Below the pieces are notes generated by a model. The model was not told where the DNA came from. It searched no databases and worked only from the letters and a program-made list of their open reading frames with translations. A stretch of 64,000 bases of DNA from Alphaproteobacteria bacterium (GTDB lineage Bacteria > Pseudomonadota > Alphaproteobacteria > GCA-2731375): contig CBDDPY010000002.1 of NCBI GenBank assembly GCA_965232515.1, positions 2,112,001 to 2,176,000 on the forward strand, read 5' to 3'. This document shows positions 55,140 through 64,000 of the stretch, piece after piece; the first letter of the stretch is position 1, and each line of letters begins with the position of its first letter. The translations under genes were made by a program, and so were the position numbers.

Positions 55140-55982
55140 ATGCCTCTGTTGCACTTTGACCCCGATAGCGACCGCCCACGGCGGGCCGCGCTGGCTTCGC
55201 TGGCGATCGCGGCGGCGCTGCTGGCGACGACACCGTCATTGGCCGACATCGCGGCCGGCTACGAAGCCTATCAGCGCGGGGATTTCGCCGCCGCGCTCTC
55301 GGAATGGCGACCGCTGGCCGAAGCCGGCAATTCGCGGGCGCAGTACAATCTCGGGATCCTGTATGACGAAGGCCGCGGGGTCGCACGCGACCGCGGCCAA
55401 GCCATCGCCTGGTGGGAGAAGGCGGCGAAACAGGACTACGCCCCGGCACAGCACAATCTGGCCAGTCTGTATATTGGTGGCGACGGCGTCGTCCAGGATT
55501 ACGCGAAAGCAGTTACCTGGCTGCAACGCGCCGCCGACAATGGCTTGGCCCGGGCCCAGTATACGCTCGGAAAAATGTTCTACGACGGTCTCGGAATCCC
55601 GGCCGACCGCACGGCATCGGCCCGCTATTATCGCCTGGCTGCGGACCAGGGCCTGGCCCGGGCCCAATACAATCTGGGCAAGCTCTATCGCGACGGCGAC
55701 GGGGTCGAGCAGAGCGACGCGGAGTCGGTCAGATGGTTCGCGTTGGCGGCGCGCCAGGGCTATGCGAAGGCGCAGAACCACCTGGGCACCCGATACGCAC
55801 GCGGCATCGGCGTCAATCGCGACGACGTGCAGGCCTACAAGTGGGCAGCGCTCGCGGCCCGGCAAGGCCATGCCGCGGCGAACGAGAACCTCAAGGTTCT
55901 GCGCGGCCGCATGACGTCCGCAGACATCGAGAAGGCCGAAGCCCTGATCGCCGCCTTCCGGCCGGAACGCAAACGCGAATAG
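55140..55982 (+). CDS. Sel1-like repeat protein
   Basis: Repeated AQYNLGxxYxxGxGV...AAxQG. Confidence 0.92.
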   Translation: MPLLHFDPDSDRPRRAALASLAIAAALLATTPSLADIAAGYEAYQRGDFAAALSEWRPLAEAGNSRAQYNLGILYDEGRGVARDRGQAIAWWEKAAKQDYAPAQHNLASLYIGGDGVVQDYAKAVTWLQRAADNGLARAQYTLGKMFYDGLGIPADRTASARYYRLAADQGLARAQYNLGKLYRDGDGVEQSDAESVRWFALAARQGYAKAQNHLGTRYARGIGVNRDDVQAYKWAALAARQGHAAANENLKVLRGRMTSADIEKAEALIAAFRPERKRE

Positions 55983-56089
55983 CCGCGGACCATCGTCCGC
56001 CGGATCACGCGCCCCCGGGAGCGGGTGACGTGACAGGCCGCATCGGACCTGATTTACTCGCGCCTGGATCGGCCCCGGGGGCGTTTCGT

Positions 56090-57640
56090 ATGCACTGGTT
56101 CAACCGCCGTCGCGCGGCGGCGCTCAGCACGTTCGTTGGCGTAGTGACGATGACCGTCGCGTCGGTCGCGGCCGGGCAATCGTCGGCGCCGGGGATTGCG
56201 GCGCGCATAGATGCCGCTGTCAGAGCCAACCAGGCGTCGCTGGCCGCGGCCGGTACCGGCCCCAATGCGCAGTCAGCCGCGCTGCAGGCCCAGCGGCGCC
56301 TCGAGAGCGAGTTGAGCGCGATCGTTGTCGGCACGATAGCGCAACGCCCCGATCTGTTGACATCCGTCGTTCAGGCGGCCGTCAATGCCGCGCCGCCGGC
56401 CCGTAACCGCATCGCCAACCGGGCCGCCAGCGCCTATCCGGGCTATGCCACGCAAGTCTACGCCGCCGCCGGCATCGACCCGGCGACAGCGCCCGCCTAT
56501 CCGCAGGCCAACTTCGGACTGACAACGTTTCCGGGCGCGCCGACTTATGCGCCCCGAGCAGCGACGCCCGCCATCAGCGCCAGCTATGCCCGGACCTCGC
56601 GGGCAAGCCGCAACGCCGATGTCGCAAGCCGCGTCGTGGCTTCGATTGCCGCCAATCCCGCCCAGGCCGAGACCATCGTGCGCGACGCCGTCGCCCGCGC
56701 ACCGGATCAGCGCGACAACATCGTCCGGACGGCAGGCCGATCGTTTCCCACCTTCGCCGGCCGCATCGCTACCGCGGCCCAGTCGGCGCCCGTTGCACGC
56801 CCGGCGAGCCAGACAAGCCCGGCGCCGCCGTCTCCGGCCGCCACACCGATCGCGCAGCGCCTGCCGACAGCGGGCCCCGCCGCAACCGCCAGTTCCGCGG
56901 CGCGACAAGCGACGCCGGCCGCGTCCCCGGCAGAGACCTCGGCGGGCCTTGTCGGTCCCGAGGAGGCCCGCGATCCGATCGAGTCGTTCAACCGGGCCGT
57001 CTTCGCGTTCAACGAAACGGTCGATTTCCTGATTTTGCGACCGGTCGCCTGGACCTACAACAAGATCACGCCGGATCCCGTCATCTTCGCCGTGCGCCGC
57101 TTCTTCGACAATCTGGGCTCGCCCGTCATCTTCGCGAACGACCTGTTGCAGCTCACGTTCGACGATGCCGGAGTCACGTTGGGACGGTTTGGCATCAACA
57201 GCACGATCGGCCTGTTGGGCTTTTTCGATGTCGCGGAAGACTTCGGTCTGGAACGGCATACAGCCGATTTCGGCCAGACCCTGCACGCCTACGGCACCGG
57301 CCCCGGTCCGTACATCGTGCTTCCCCTCCTCGGCCCGTCGACGGCGCGGGACGGCGTCGGCACGGTGGTCGACATTTTCCTGGACCCGCTGACCTATCTT
57401 CTCGGTTCGCCGGAATCCTATATCGTCACCGGCAGCCAGGTGGTGGTCGCCCGCGAGGCGCTGCTGGAGCCGCTGGACGAGCTGAAGCGAACGTCGGTCG
57501 ACTACTACATCTCGCTGCGCAGCGCCTATTACCAGCGCCGCGCGGTCGATCTGAACAAGGGCCGCGGCAGCGGCGGCGGCGCGGCCATCGACGAGCTGTT
57601 CGATTCGCCCGAGCTCGACGACGAAGCGGCGCCCAACTAG
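56090..57640 (+). CDS. mlaA: MlaA/VacJ family protein with long N-terminal extension
   Basis: C-terminal DPIESFNRAVFAFN, RFGINSTIG, DFGQTL, GPYIVLPLLGPSTARD, Y..LRSAYYQRR. Confidence 0.88.
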   Translation: MHWFNRRRAAALSTFVGVVTMTVASVAAGQSSAPGIAARIDAAVRANQASLAAAGTGPNAQSAALQAQRRLESELSAIVVGTIAQRPDLLTSVVQAAVNAAPPARNRIANRAASAYPGYATQVYAAAGIDPATAPAYPQANFGLTTFPGAPTYAPRAATPAISASYARTSRASRNADVASRVVASIAANPAQAETIVRDAVARAPDQRDNIVRTAGRSFPTFAGRIATAAQSAPVARPASQTSPAPPSPAATPIAQRLPTAGPAATASSAARQATPAASPAETSAGLVGPEEARDPIESFNRAVFAFNETVDFLILRPVAWTYNKITPDPVIFAVRRFFDNLGSPVIFANDLLQLTFDDAGVTLGRFGINSTIGLLGFFDVAEDFGLERHTADFGQTLHAYGTGPGPYIVLPLLGPSTARDGVGTVVDIFLDPLTYLLGSPESYIVTGSQVVVAREALLEPLDELKRTSVDYYISLRSAYYQRRAVDLNKGRGSGGGAAIDELFDSPELDDEAAPN

Positions 57641-58264
57641 ATGTCGCCGCCCGCCACCGACGCGGCCGCATTCGGTCCGCTCGTCAGGCTGAACGAACCG
57701 GCGTTCGTGCATCCCAGCGCCTCGATCTACGGCAAGGTGACGATCGAACAGGGCGTCAGCATCTGGACGAACGCCGTCTTTCGCGCCGAAGCGCACGAGA
57801 TCACGGTCGGCCCCTACAGCAACATCCAGGATTTCGTCATGCTGCATGTCGCCGCCGAGACCGGCACGCATGTCGGCGCCCACTGCTCGATCAGCCACCA
57901 CGCGACCGTCCACGGCTGCACGATCGGCGACAATTGCCTGATCGGCATCAACGCCACGGTGATGGACGGCGCGGTGATCGGCGACAACACGATTGTCGCC
58001 GGCCATTGCATCGTGTCCGAAAACGCCGAGATCCCGCCGAATTCGGTCGTCGCCGGCGTGCCCGGCCGGGTCGTCAGATCCCGCAACAACTGGATCGCGA
58101 ATCGAATGAACGCGTTTTTCTACCACCAGAACGGTCTGGCCTATGCGATCGGGCAGCATCGCCGCTGGGACGGCCCGGAATGGACGGAGATCTTTCAGGC
58201 CGAACGCGCGCGCCTGGAGGCGGAATTCGCTACACTGCTGGAAACCGGCGCACAGGTCGCCTGA
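57641..58264 (+). CDS. Gamma carbonic anhydrase-like (CaiE/PaaY) hexapeptide protein
   Basis: SNIQD..LH, ISHHATVHGCTIGDNCLIG, AGVPGRVVR. Confidence 0.9.
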   Translation: MSPPATDAAAFGPLVRLNEPAFVHPSASIYGKVTIEQGVSIWTNAVFRAEAHEITVGPYSNIQDFVMLHVAAETGTHVGAHCSISHHATVHGCTIGDNCLIGINATVMDGAVIGDNTIVAGHCIVSENAEIPPNSVVAGVPGRVVRSRNNWIANRMNAFFYHQNGLAYAIGQHRRWDGPEWTEIFQAERARLEAEFATLLETGAQVA

Positions 58265-58305
58265 CCCCGCCGCCGGTCGATCCCCGAACACCAGACGGTT
58301 GCAAC

Positions 58306-59298
58306 ATGGAAAAACCCTATCTGCTCTTTCTCGGCGACGTGCATGACGAACTCGCGGCCAAGACGGCTCATGGCATTGCCGACTGGCGGCCCGACTGGTG
58401 TGTCGGCCAGCTGCGGCTGCCGGGCTGCCAAGCCGACACCGTGCTGAGTGACATCACGGTGGCCGAGGCCGCCGAACGCGGCGCCAAGACCTTCGTGATC
58501 GCCGTGGTCAATTCAGGCGGCACCATGCCCGAGAGCTGGACCGACACCATCGTCGACGCCATTGAACACGGCATGGACGTGGCGAGCGGCCTGCACATGC
58601 GGCTGCAGGACTTTCCGGCGATCGCCGACGCCGCGGCCAAGCGTGGCCGGCGGCTCTACAACGTCCGGCACAGCGAACAGCAGTTCGGGACCGGCAAGGG
58701 CCATAAACGTGCCGGCAAGAGGTTGTTGACGGTGGGCACCGACTGTTCGGTCGGCAAGAAATACACCGCACTAGCGCTGGAGCGCGACATGCGGGCCCGC
58801 GGCATGAACGCGGATTTCTGCGCCACCGGCCAGACCGGCGTCTTCATCGCCGAGCGCGGCGTGGCAATCGACGCCGTGGTCGCCGACTTCATCTCCGGCG
58901 CCGCCGAATGGCTGAGTCCGGAAAACGCGCCCGACCATTGGGATGTGATCGAGGGCCAGGGATCGCTGTTCCACGCCGCCTTCGCCGGCGTCTCGCTGGG
59001 CCTGCTGCATGGCTCGCAGGCGGACGCGCTGGTGCTGTGCCACGAACCGACCCGCACGCATATGCGCGGCCTGCCGCATGCGCCGATCCCGGACCTGACC
59101 CAATGCATCGACGCCAATATCGCCAGCGGCAAGCTGACCAATCCGGATTGCCGCATGGTCGGGGTCAGCATCAACACGGCGGCGCTCGACCGAGAGGCGG
59201 CCGAACGAGTATTGCGGTCGACGGAAGACCGCCTGGGCCTGCCCTGCGTCGACCCGATGACGGTCGGCACTGACGCCATCATCGACCGGCTGGACTGA
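58306..59298 (+). CDS. dgcN: D-glutamate N-acetyltransferase (DUF1611)
   Basis: PYLLFLGD..LAAK, VASGLH, VGTDCSVGKKYT, ATGQTG, IEGQGSL; adjacent to dgcA. Confidence 0.88.
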   Translation: MEKPYLLFLGDVHDELAAKTAHGIADWRPDWCVGQLRLPGCQADTVLSDITVAEAAERGAKTFVIAVVNSGGTMPESWTDTIVDAIEHGMDVASGLHMRLQDFPAIADAAAKRGRRLYNVRHSEQQFGTGKGHKRAGKRLLTVGTDCSVGKKYTALALERDMRARGMNADFCATGQTGVFIAERGVAIDAVVADFISGAAEWLSPENAPDHWDVIEGQGSLFHAAFAGVSLGLLHGSQADALVLCHEPTRTHMRGLPHAPIPDLTQCIDANIASGKLTNPDCRMVGVSINTAALDREAAERVLRSTEDRLGLPCVDPMTVGTDAIIDRLD

Positions 59299-59299
59299 C

Positions 59300-60280
59300 A
59301 TGCCGGCGCTGCACGCGGCCCGAGAAACCTGGCCATTGCCGGGCGAGTTCAGGATATCGCGTGGCGCGCGCACCGAGAGCATCGTCGCGGTCGTCGAGAT
59401 CGAGGATGGCCCGCATCGCGGCCGCGGCGAATGCTTTCCCTACCCACGCTATGGCGAAAGCGTGGAGTCCGTATTGCAGCAAATCGATGACATCAGGTCG
59501 GAGATTCAGGCCGGAATGTCCCGGCAGGCACTCCAGAGCCTGCTGCCCGCCGGGGCGGCGCGAAACGCGATCGATTGCGCGCTCTGGGATCTGGAAGCCA
59601 AGACGGCGGACCGGCGGGTCTGGGAACTGGCCGGATTGCCGCGACCCGAGGTCGTGACGACAGCCTATACGCTCAGCCTCGGCGAGCCGGCGGCGATGGC
59701 CGCCGCGGCACGCGAGGCCGCCGACCGGCCGCTTCTGAAACTGAAGCTGGGCGGCGCGGACGATATCGCGCGGGTCGCGGCCGTGCACGAGGCCGCGCCG
59801 GCGGCCGACATAATCGTCGATGCGAACGAGGCCTGGACGCCGGACATGGTGATCCCCCTGAGCCGTGCATTGGCCGCTCTCGGCGTCACCATGATCGAGC
59901 AACCGCTGCCGGCCGACGCCGATCAGGCGCTGGCCGAGATCGATCATCCCGTGCCGATCTGCGCCGACGAGTCCTGCCACACGGCCGCCGACGTGTCTGC
60001 GCTGGCCGGCCGCTATGACATGGTCAACGTGAAGCTCGACAAGACAGGCGGCTTGACCGAGGCAATCGACCTGATTGACGCCGCGCGGGCGGCCGGCCTC
60101 GACCTGATGGTCGGGTGCATGGTCGGGACATCTCTCGCCATGGCGCCGGCGACCCTGATTGCCGGTGCGGCCCGGTATGTCGACCTCGACGGTCCGTTGC
60201 TGCTTGCCCGCGACCGCGATCCGGGACTGCGCTACGACGGTAGCCGGCTATCTCCGACGACGCCGGAAATCTGGGGCTGA
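59300..60280 (+). CDS. dgcA: N-acetyl-D-glutamate racemase / dipeptide epimerase (enolase superfamily)
   Basis: FRISRG, KLKLG, DANE, EQP, ADES, VKLDKTGG, GCM, DLDG. Confidence 0.88.
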   Translation: MPALHAARETWPLPGEFRISRGARTESIVAVVEIEDGPHRGRGECFPYPRYGESVESVLQQIDDIRSEIQAGMSRQALQSLLPAGAARNAIDCALWDLEAKTADRRVWELAGLPRPEVVTTAYTLSLGEPAAMAAAAREAADRPLLKLKLGGADDIARVAAVHEAAPAADIIVDANEAWTPDMVIPLSRALAALGVTMIEQPLPADADQALAEIDHPVPICADESCHTAADVSALAGRYDMVNVKLDKTGGLTEAIDLIDAARAAGLDLMVGCMVGTSLAMAPATLIAGAARYVDLDGPLLLARDRDPGLRYDGSRLSPTTPEIWG

Positions 60281-60423
60281 GGACCGGCCGGCCATCGGAC
60301 GTCCGCCCGCGGGCGAAGATCAGCCGGTCCGTCGCGCGCGCATCCACACACACGTTCCCACCAAAGATAGATGTTGAATACTTGCGCAAATTCACTTAAA
60401 TTTCTTGAGTAATTTAAATAAAA

Positions 60424-60480
60424 ATAACAAATTATTAACCATATCCAATTATATATTCACTTCTGTAAATAATGAGTTAA
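60424..60480. promoter_or_regulatory. CtrA-like boxes upstream of pilin
   Basis: ATAA-N7-TTAAC (60424-60439) and TTAA-N7-TTTAC on minus (60465-60480) in an AT-rich region; CtrA control of pilA is established in Caulobacter. Confidence 0.5.
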
Positions 60481-60639
60481 TAAAACTGAAGTTATTTTAC
60501 TTGATCAACTTCGATTTTCGATCTAGATTCCTCGCATTCCACTCCGTCGAAGGACCAATGCGTCTGACGCATTCCGTCTACGTTCGGCGGTTTTACGGCC
60601 ACTGCTGCAAATGGTCTGGAATGGATAGGAGGACCCACA

Positions 60640-60849
60640 ATGCTGCGGGTTATTACGGAAGCTCAGTCGACGTGGATGCGCGTCCGCAAGTTCGTCAAGG
60701 ACCAGTCGGGCGCCACGGCGATTGAATACGGCCTGATCGCCGCCGGCATCGCCGTCGCGATCATTACCACCGTCTTCGCGCTCGGTACGGATATCGACGC
60801 CTTCTTCGTCGACATTCAGACCAAGCTGCAGAACGGCGGTAGCGGCTGA
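60640..60849 (+). CDS. flp: Flp family type IVc pilin
   Basis: DQSG|ATAIEYGLIAA Flp motif; RBS AGGAGG. Confidence 0.95.
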   Translation: MLRVITEAQSTWMRVRKFVKDQSGATAIEYGLIAAGIAVAIITTVFALGTDIDAFFVDIQTKLQNGGSG

Positions 60850-60891
60850 TTTGCCGTCGGCGTTTATCGCCGACGCAATTCGCTACGGGCA

Positions 60892-60933
60892 ATCCGGGGG
60901 CGGTGCGCACGCCCGCCCCCGGATCCCTTTTTT
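60892..60933 (+). terminator. Rho-independent terminator after pilin
   Basis: ATCCGGGGGCGG...CCGCCCCCGGAT followed by a T-tract. Confidence 0.8.
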
Positions 60934-61005
60934 GTTGTATTCACGGTATCCTCGGCCGTCGAATGTCGGTACCAATCGGTTCCAACGGCCGCTGCCGGAA
61001 CGCGC

Positions 61006-61500
61006 ATGCTGCCTGACCTGCTGAGCTGGCTATTCCCCCTCGCCTTGGTCTGGGCGATGGTTTCCGACACCCTGACGCTGGAGATCCCCAACAGTATCTC
61101 GGTCGGACTTGTCGCGGTGTTTCTCGCGCTCGCTCTGCTCGCCGGAACGGACTATGTCACCGTCCTGATGCATCTGGGCGCCGGCCTGGCCATGCTCGTC
61201 GCCGGCGCCGGGCTTTTCTTTGCGCGCATTGTCGGTGGTGGCGATGCCAAGCTGCTGGCGGCAGTGTCGGTCTGGACCGGATTTCAGCTGCTGCCGATAT
61301 TCCTTTTCTATATGGCGGTCGCCGGCGGCGTGCTCGCGCTTAGCCTGCTGATCTATCGTCGACTGCCGCTGCCGGCGCGCTTCGCGGCAAATCCCTGGCT
61401 GGACCGCCTCCACAATCCAAACGAGGGGGTTCCCTACGGTGTCGCGATCGGTCTGGCCGGCCTATTCGTGTTTACCAATTTGCCTGTGTTTACAAATTAG
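61006..61500 (+). CDS. cpaA: Prepilin peptidase CpaA/TadV (A24)
   Basis: SDTLTLEIPN, GGGDAKL, VPYGVAI. Confidence 0.93.
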   Translation: MLPDLLSWLFPLALVWAMVSDTLTLEIPNSISVGLVAVFLALALLAGTDYVTVLMHLGAGLAMLVAGAGLFFARIVGGGDAKLLAAVSVWTGFQLLPIFLFYMAVAGGVLALSLLIYRRLPLPARFAANPWLDRLHNPNEGVPYGVAIGLAGLFVFTNLPVFTN

Positions 61501-61712
61501 TCACAGGGAAATTCGATAAAAAACCGCGCGTATTCGAGGATTTTCCCTCTGACGGTAAGCATCTATTAAGAAAAACAGCAACGGTAAATTAACAGATTCG
61601 GTTCATCGTTTCGCCCCTGACACTCGTCGGAAAATAGAAACAGAACAAACCGGCGGCAAGGCGTTGTCCCTGACAAGACAATGTCGACGTCAACAAAGAA
61701 AAGGGCGCGGTC

Positions 61713-63293
61713 GTGAACCTAGCACGCATTCTCTTGATCGTGGTCGCGTTGGGCATGGCAGGCCTGACGGCCTTTCTGATCAACAACTATCTGACCAACA
61801 AAGAGAACGAATTCGCGAGCAATCAGACCACCGAGCAACAGCTGGTCGGTGCGGTCGAGGTCTTGGTCGCGGACCGTGACATCGCGGCCGGCGAAATCGT
61901 CAATGACGGCGTTCTGCGCTGGCAGGCCTGGCCGGAAACCGCGGTCAACGAGAATTTCGTCTCGCGCAGCGACGAGAGCAGCGCCGCCGGCATCGAGGGC
62001 GCCGCCGTCCGCAGCGCCATCATGGCCGGCGAACCGATCGTGACGAGCAAGCTCGTCATGTCCGATCAGCCGGGTTTCCTGGCCGGCGCCCTGCGCCCGG
62101 GCATGCGCGCGGTCACCGTCGAGGTCGACGAGGTCAGCGGCAATGCCGGCTTCATCCTGCCAGGCAACAGGATCGACGTGATCCTGACTCAAGAAGTCGA
62201 CGTCGCGACGCCGGGTGGCGACACGGGCAAGAAACGGGTCAGCGAGACCGTGTTGACGGACCTGCGGGTGCTCGCCGTCGACCAACAGGTCAACGACCTC
62301 GAGGAAGAGCCTAAGGTCAGCAAGACGGTGACCTTGGAAGTCGACGTCAAGCAGGCCGAGACCGTCTCCCTTGTCAAGCGGATGGGCGAGCTGTCGCTCT
62401 CGCTGCGCAGCGTCGCCCGCAGCGACAACGAGACATTGTCGGCCAGCATGTTCACCGCCGACGATCAGATCAGCCGGTTCCTGAGCCCGATCTACATGCC
62501 GGTGCTGACGGCCCGGCACGACATCAAGGCCGGCACGTTGCTGCGGGACCTGGATATCGAGTGGCGCGCGCTGCCGGACGGCATCGAGCCGAACGGCCTG
62601 GTGCTGAAGTCGCAGGTGCCGATGACCTCGATCCGCGGCGCGCTGCTGATGCAGGACATCAGCGCCGCCACGCCAATACGCCAGGACATGTTGATCCAGC
62701 CGAACCAGCAAGGCTTCATCATCGCCGCGCTGAACCCCGGCATGCGCGCGGTATCGGTGGCGGTCGACCAGGTGACCGGCGTCTCCGGCTACATCTCGCC
62801 CGGCGACCATGTCGACGTGATCATGATCCACGAGGTCAAGGACACATCCGATACGCCGGTCCTTGATCCGCGCCGGTTCGCCGAGACCATCGCCGAGGGC
62901 GTCCGGCTGCTGGCGATCGAGAAGCTGTCCAGCCGCAAGACCGGCAAGCCGAAAATCGGCGAGACGGTGACGCTGGAAGTCGACCCCCGGCAGGCCGAAG
63001 TCATCGCGCTGGCGCAGCAAATGGGCACGCTGTCGTTGACCGTGCGGTCGGTGCCGGCACTGGCCCTGGAGAGCTCGACGCCGCGCGACGAGCCGTACAC
63101 GAGCGATCTGTTCGTCAGCGGCGCCGTCGCCGACTTCCTGAGCTTCGGCACCCGGCGGGCGCCGCAGCTGCTTGCCCGACGGGGTCAGCGCAACCGCAGC
63201 GTCGTATCGGCGCCGGCTCGCCGGCCGTCGGCCGGCGGCACCGTCCGGGTCTACCGATCCACCGCCCAGTCAACCGTTCAGATCAGTCGATAG
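61713..63293 (+). CDS. cpaB: Flp pilus assembly protein CpaB with duplicated SAF+RcpC module
   Basis: LRPGMRAV...GFILPGNRIDVI...RVLAVD...VTLEV...LSLSLRS, then a second LNPGMRAV...GYISPGDHVDVI...VTLEV...LSLTVRS. Confidence 0.9.
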   Translation: MNLARILLIVVALGMAGLTAFLINNYLTNKENEFASNQTTEQQLVGAVEVLVADRDIAAGEIVNDGVLRWQAWPETAVNENFVSRSDESSAAGIEGAAVRSAIMAGEPIVTSKLVMSDQPGFLAGALRPGMRAVTVEVDEVSGNAGFILPGNRIDVILTQEVDVATPGGDTGKKRVSETVLTDLRVLAVDQQVNDLEEEPKVSKTVTLEVDVKQAETVSLVKRMGELSLSLRSVARSDNETLSASMFTADDQISRFLSPIYMPVLTARHDIKAGTLLRDLDIEWRALPDGIEPNGLVLKSQVPMTSIRGALLMQDISAATPIRQDMLIQPNQQGFIIAALNPGMRAVSVAVDQVTGVSGYISPGDHVDVIMIHEVKDTSDTPVLDPRRFAETIAEGVRLLAIEKLSSRKTGKPKIGETVTLEVDPRQAEVIALAQQMGTLSLTVRSVPALALESSTPRDEPYTSDLFVSGAVADFLSFGTRRAPQLLARRGQRNRSVVSAPARRPSAGGTVRVYRSTAQSTVQISR

Positions 63294-63300
63294 GCCTGTC

Positions 63301-64000
63301 ATGAAGCGATCATTGTATAGCGCGGCTGTCTTCGGCCTCGGCTGGTTGTTGCTCGTTGTTGCTGTGGCGCCGGCGACCGCGCAGAACCTTGTGACCAGCG
63401 AGCTCAGTGGGATCGACCTGAGCGACACCAGCAGCGGTCGCCATATCAGCCTGCCGCAGGGCAAGGCGCGGATCATCACGCTGCCGGTCGACGTTCGCGA
63501 CGTCCTGGTCTCAAATCCGGAGGTCGCCGATGTCGTGGTGAAGACCCAGCGGACGATCTACCTGCTGGGCCGCGAAACCGGCGCCACCAACGCCTTCTTC
63601 TTCGACGCCGAGGGCAACGAGCTGCTGCGGCTGGAAATCGCCGTGCAGCTGGACGTGGAAGCCGTCAACGACGCGCTGTCCGCCCTGATGCCCGGCATCG
63701 ACGTGCGGGCGCGCGCCGTCAACAACAATCTGTTCCTGTCGGGCACCGTGCGCTCGCCCGACATGGCCGAGAACGCGCGCAAGATCGCCACGCGGTTCGT
63801 CGAGGAGGACGAGGACGTCGTCAACATGCTTGCCGTCGTCGAAGATCAACAGGTTCTGCTGCAGGTCCGCGTCGCGGAGGTCTCGCGCAACGTGCTGAAG
63901 GAGCTTGGCGCCAATCTGTTCGATTCGATAACCGGCAACTTCACGACGATCACGTCGGGCGACCTGTTCACACGGACATTCACGCAAGGCGCCTCGGTGG
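63301..64000 (+). CDS. cpaC: Pilus secretin CpaC/RcpA (3'-truncated)
   Basis: MKRSLY... signal peptide; VLVSNPEVADV, GATNAFFFD, BON-like segment, QVLLQVRVAEVSR; open to the window end. Confidence 0.9.
   Translation, partial: MKRSLYSAAVFGLGWLLLVVAVAPATAQNLVTSELSGIDLSDTSSGRHISLPQGKARIITLPVDVRDVLVSNPEVADVVVKTQRTIYLLGRETGATNAFFFDAEGNELLRLEIAVQLDVEAVNDALSALMPGIDVRARAVNNNLFLSGTVRSPDMAENARKIATRFVEEDEDVVNMLAVVEDQQVLLQVRVAEVSRNVLKELGANLFDSITGNFTTITSGDLFTRTFTQGASV

Noticed and set aside
54444-57640. 512-aa and 742-aa ORFs suggesting MlaC-Sel1 or Sel1-MlaA fusions
   Set aside because: The extensions are off-frame overlaps; real starts are about 55140 and 56090
60405-60725. AT-rich 106-aa ORF before the pilin
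   Set aside because: Spans the AT-rich promoter region and overlaps flp out of frame; composition is unlike host genes

Overview
GC-rich chromosomal segment, most likely from an alphaproteobacterium (Cpa/Tad pilus locus with CtrA-like boxes, boxCB, dgcNA, alphaproteobacterial-style REP hairpins). It carries about 59 protein-coding genes, and I see no rRNA, tRNA, CRISPR array, transposase or integrase. The left third is an accessory patchwork: an orphan sdhA, an arylsulfotransferase, two globins, a MarR module, a histamine/trimethylamine dehydrogenase-like flavoenzyme, three tandem PEP-CTERM-like paralogs and a peroxiredoxin-rhodanese-DsrE cluster. The middle holds boxC-boxB followed by an oppositely oriented LRR-KAP NTPase gene, then an Mla/MCE ABC system, a TRAP-TAXI transporter with an aminotransferase, an HD-GYP protein and a CHASE2 cyclase. 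The right end holds mlaC, a Sel1-repeat gene, an extended mlaA, dgcN-dgcA and flp-cpaA-cpaB-cpaC (truncated at the window edge). Two elements stand out. (1) A ~870-nt intergenic region (53269-54135) is packed with hairpins that read as C(UUCG)G tetraloops on the minus strand and lies next to a cluster of DnaA-box-like sites; it is a candidate large, undescribed structured ncRNA. (2) The LRR-KAP P-loop NTPase has ten LRRs with variable beta-strand residues and is a candidate NLR-like defence sensor. Family assignments come from recognising motifs by eye; no searches were run.
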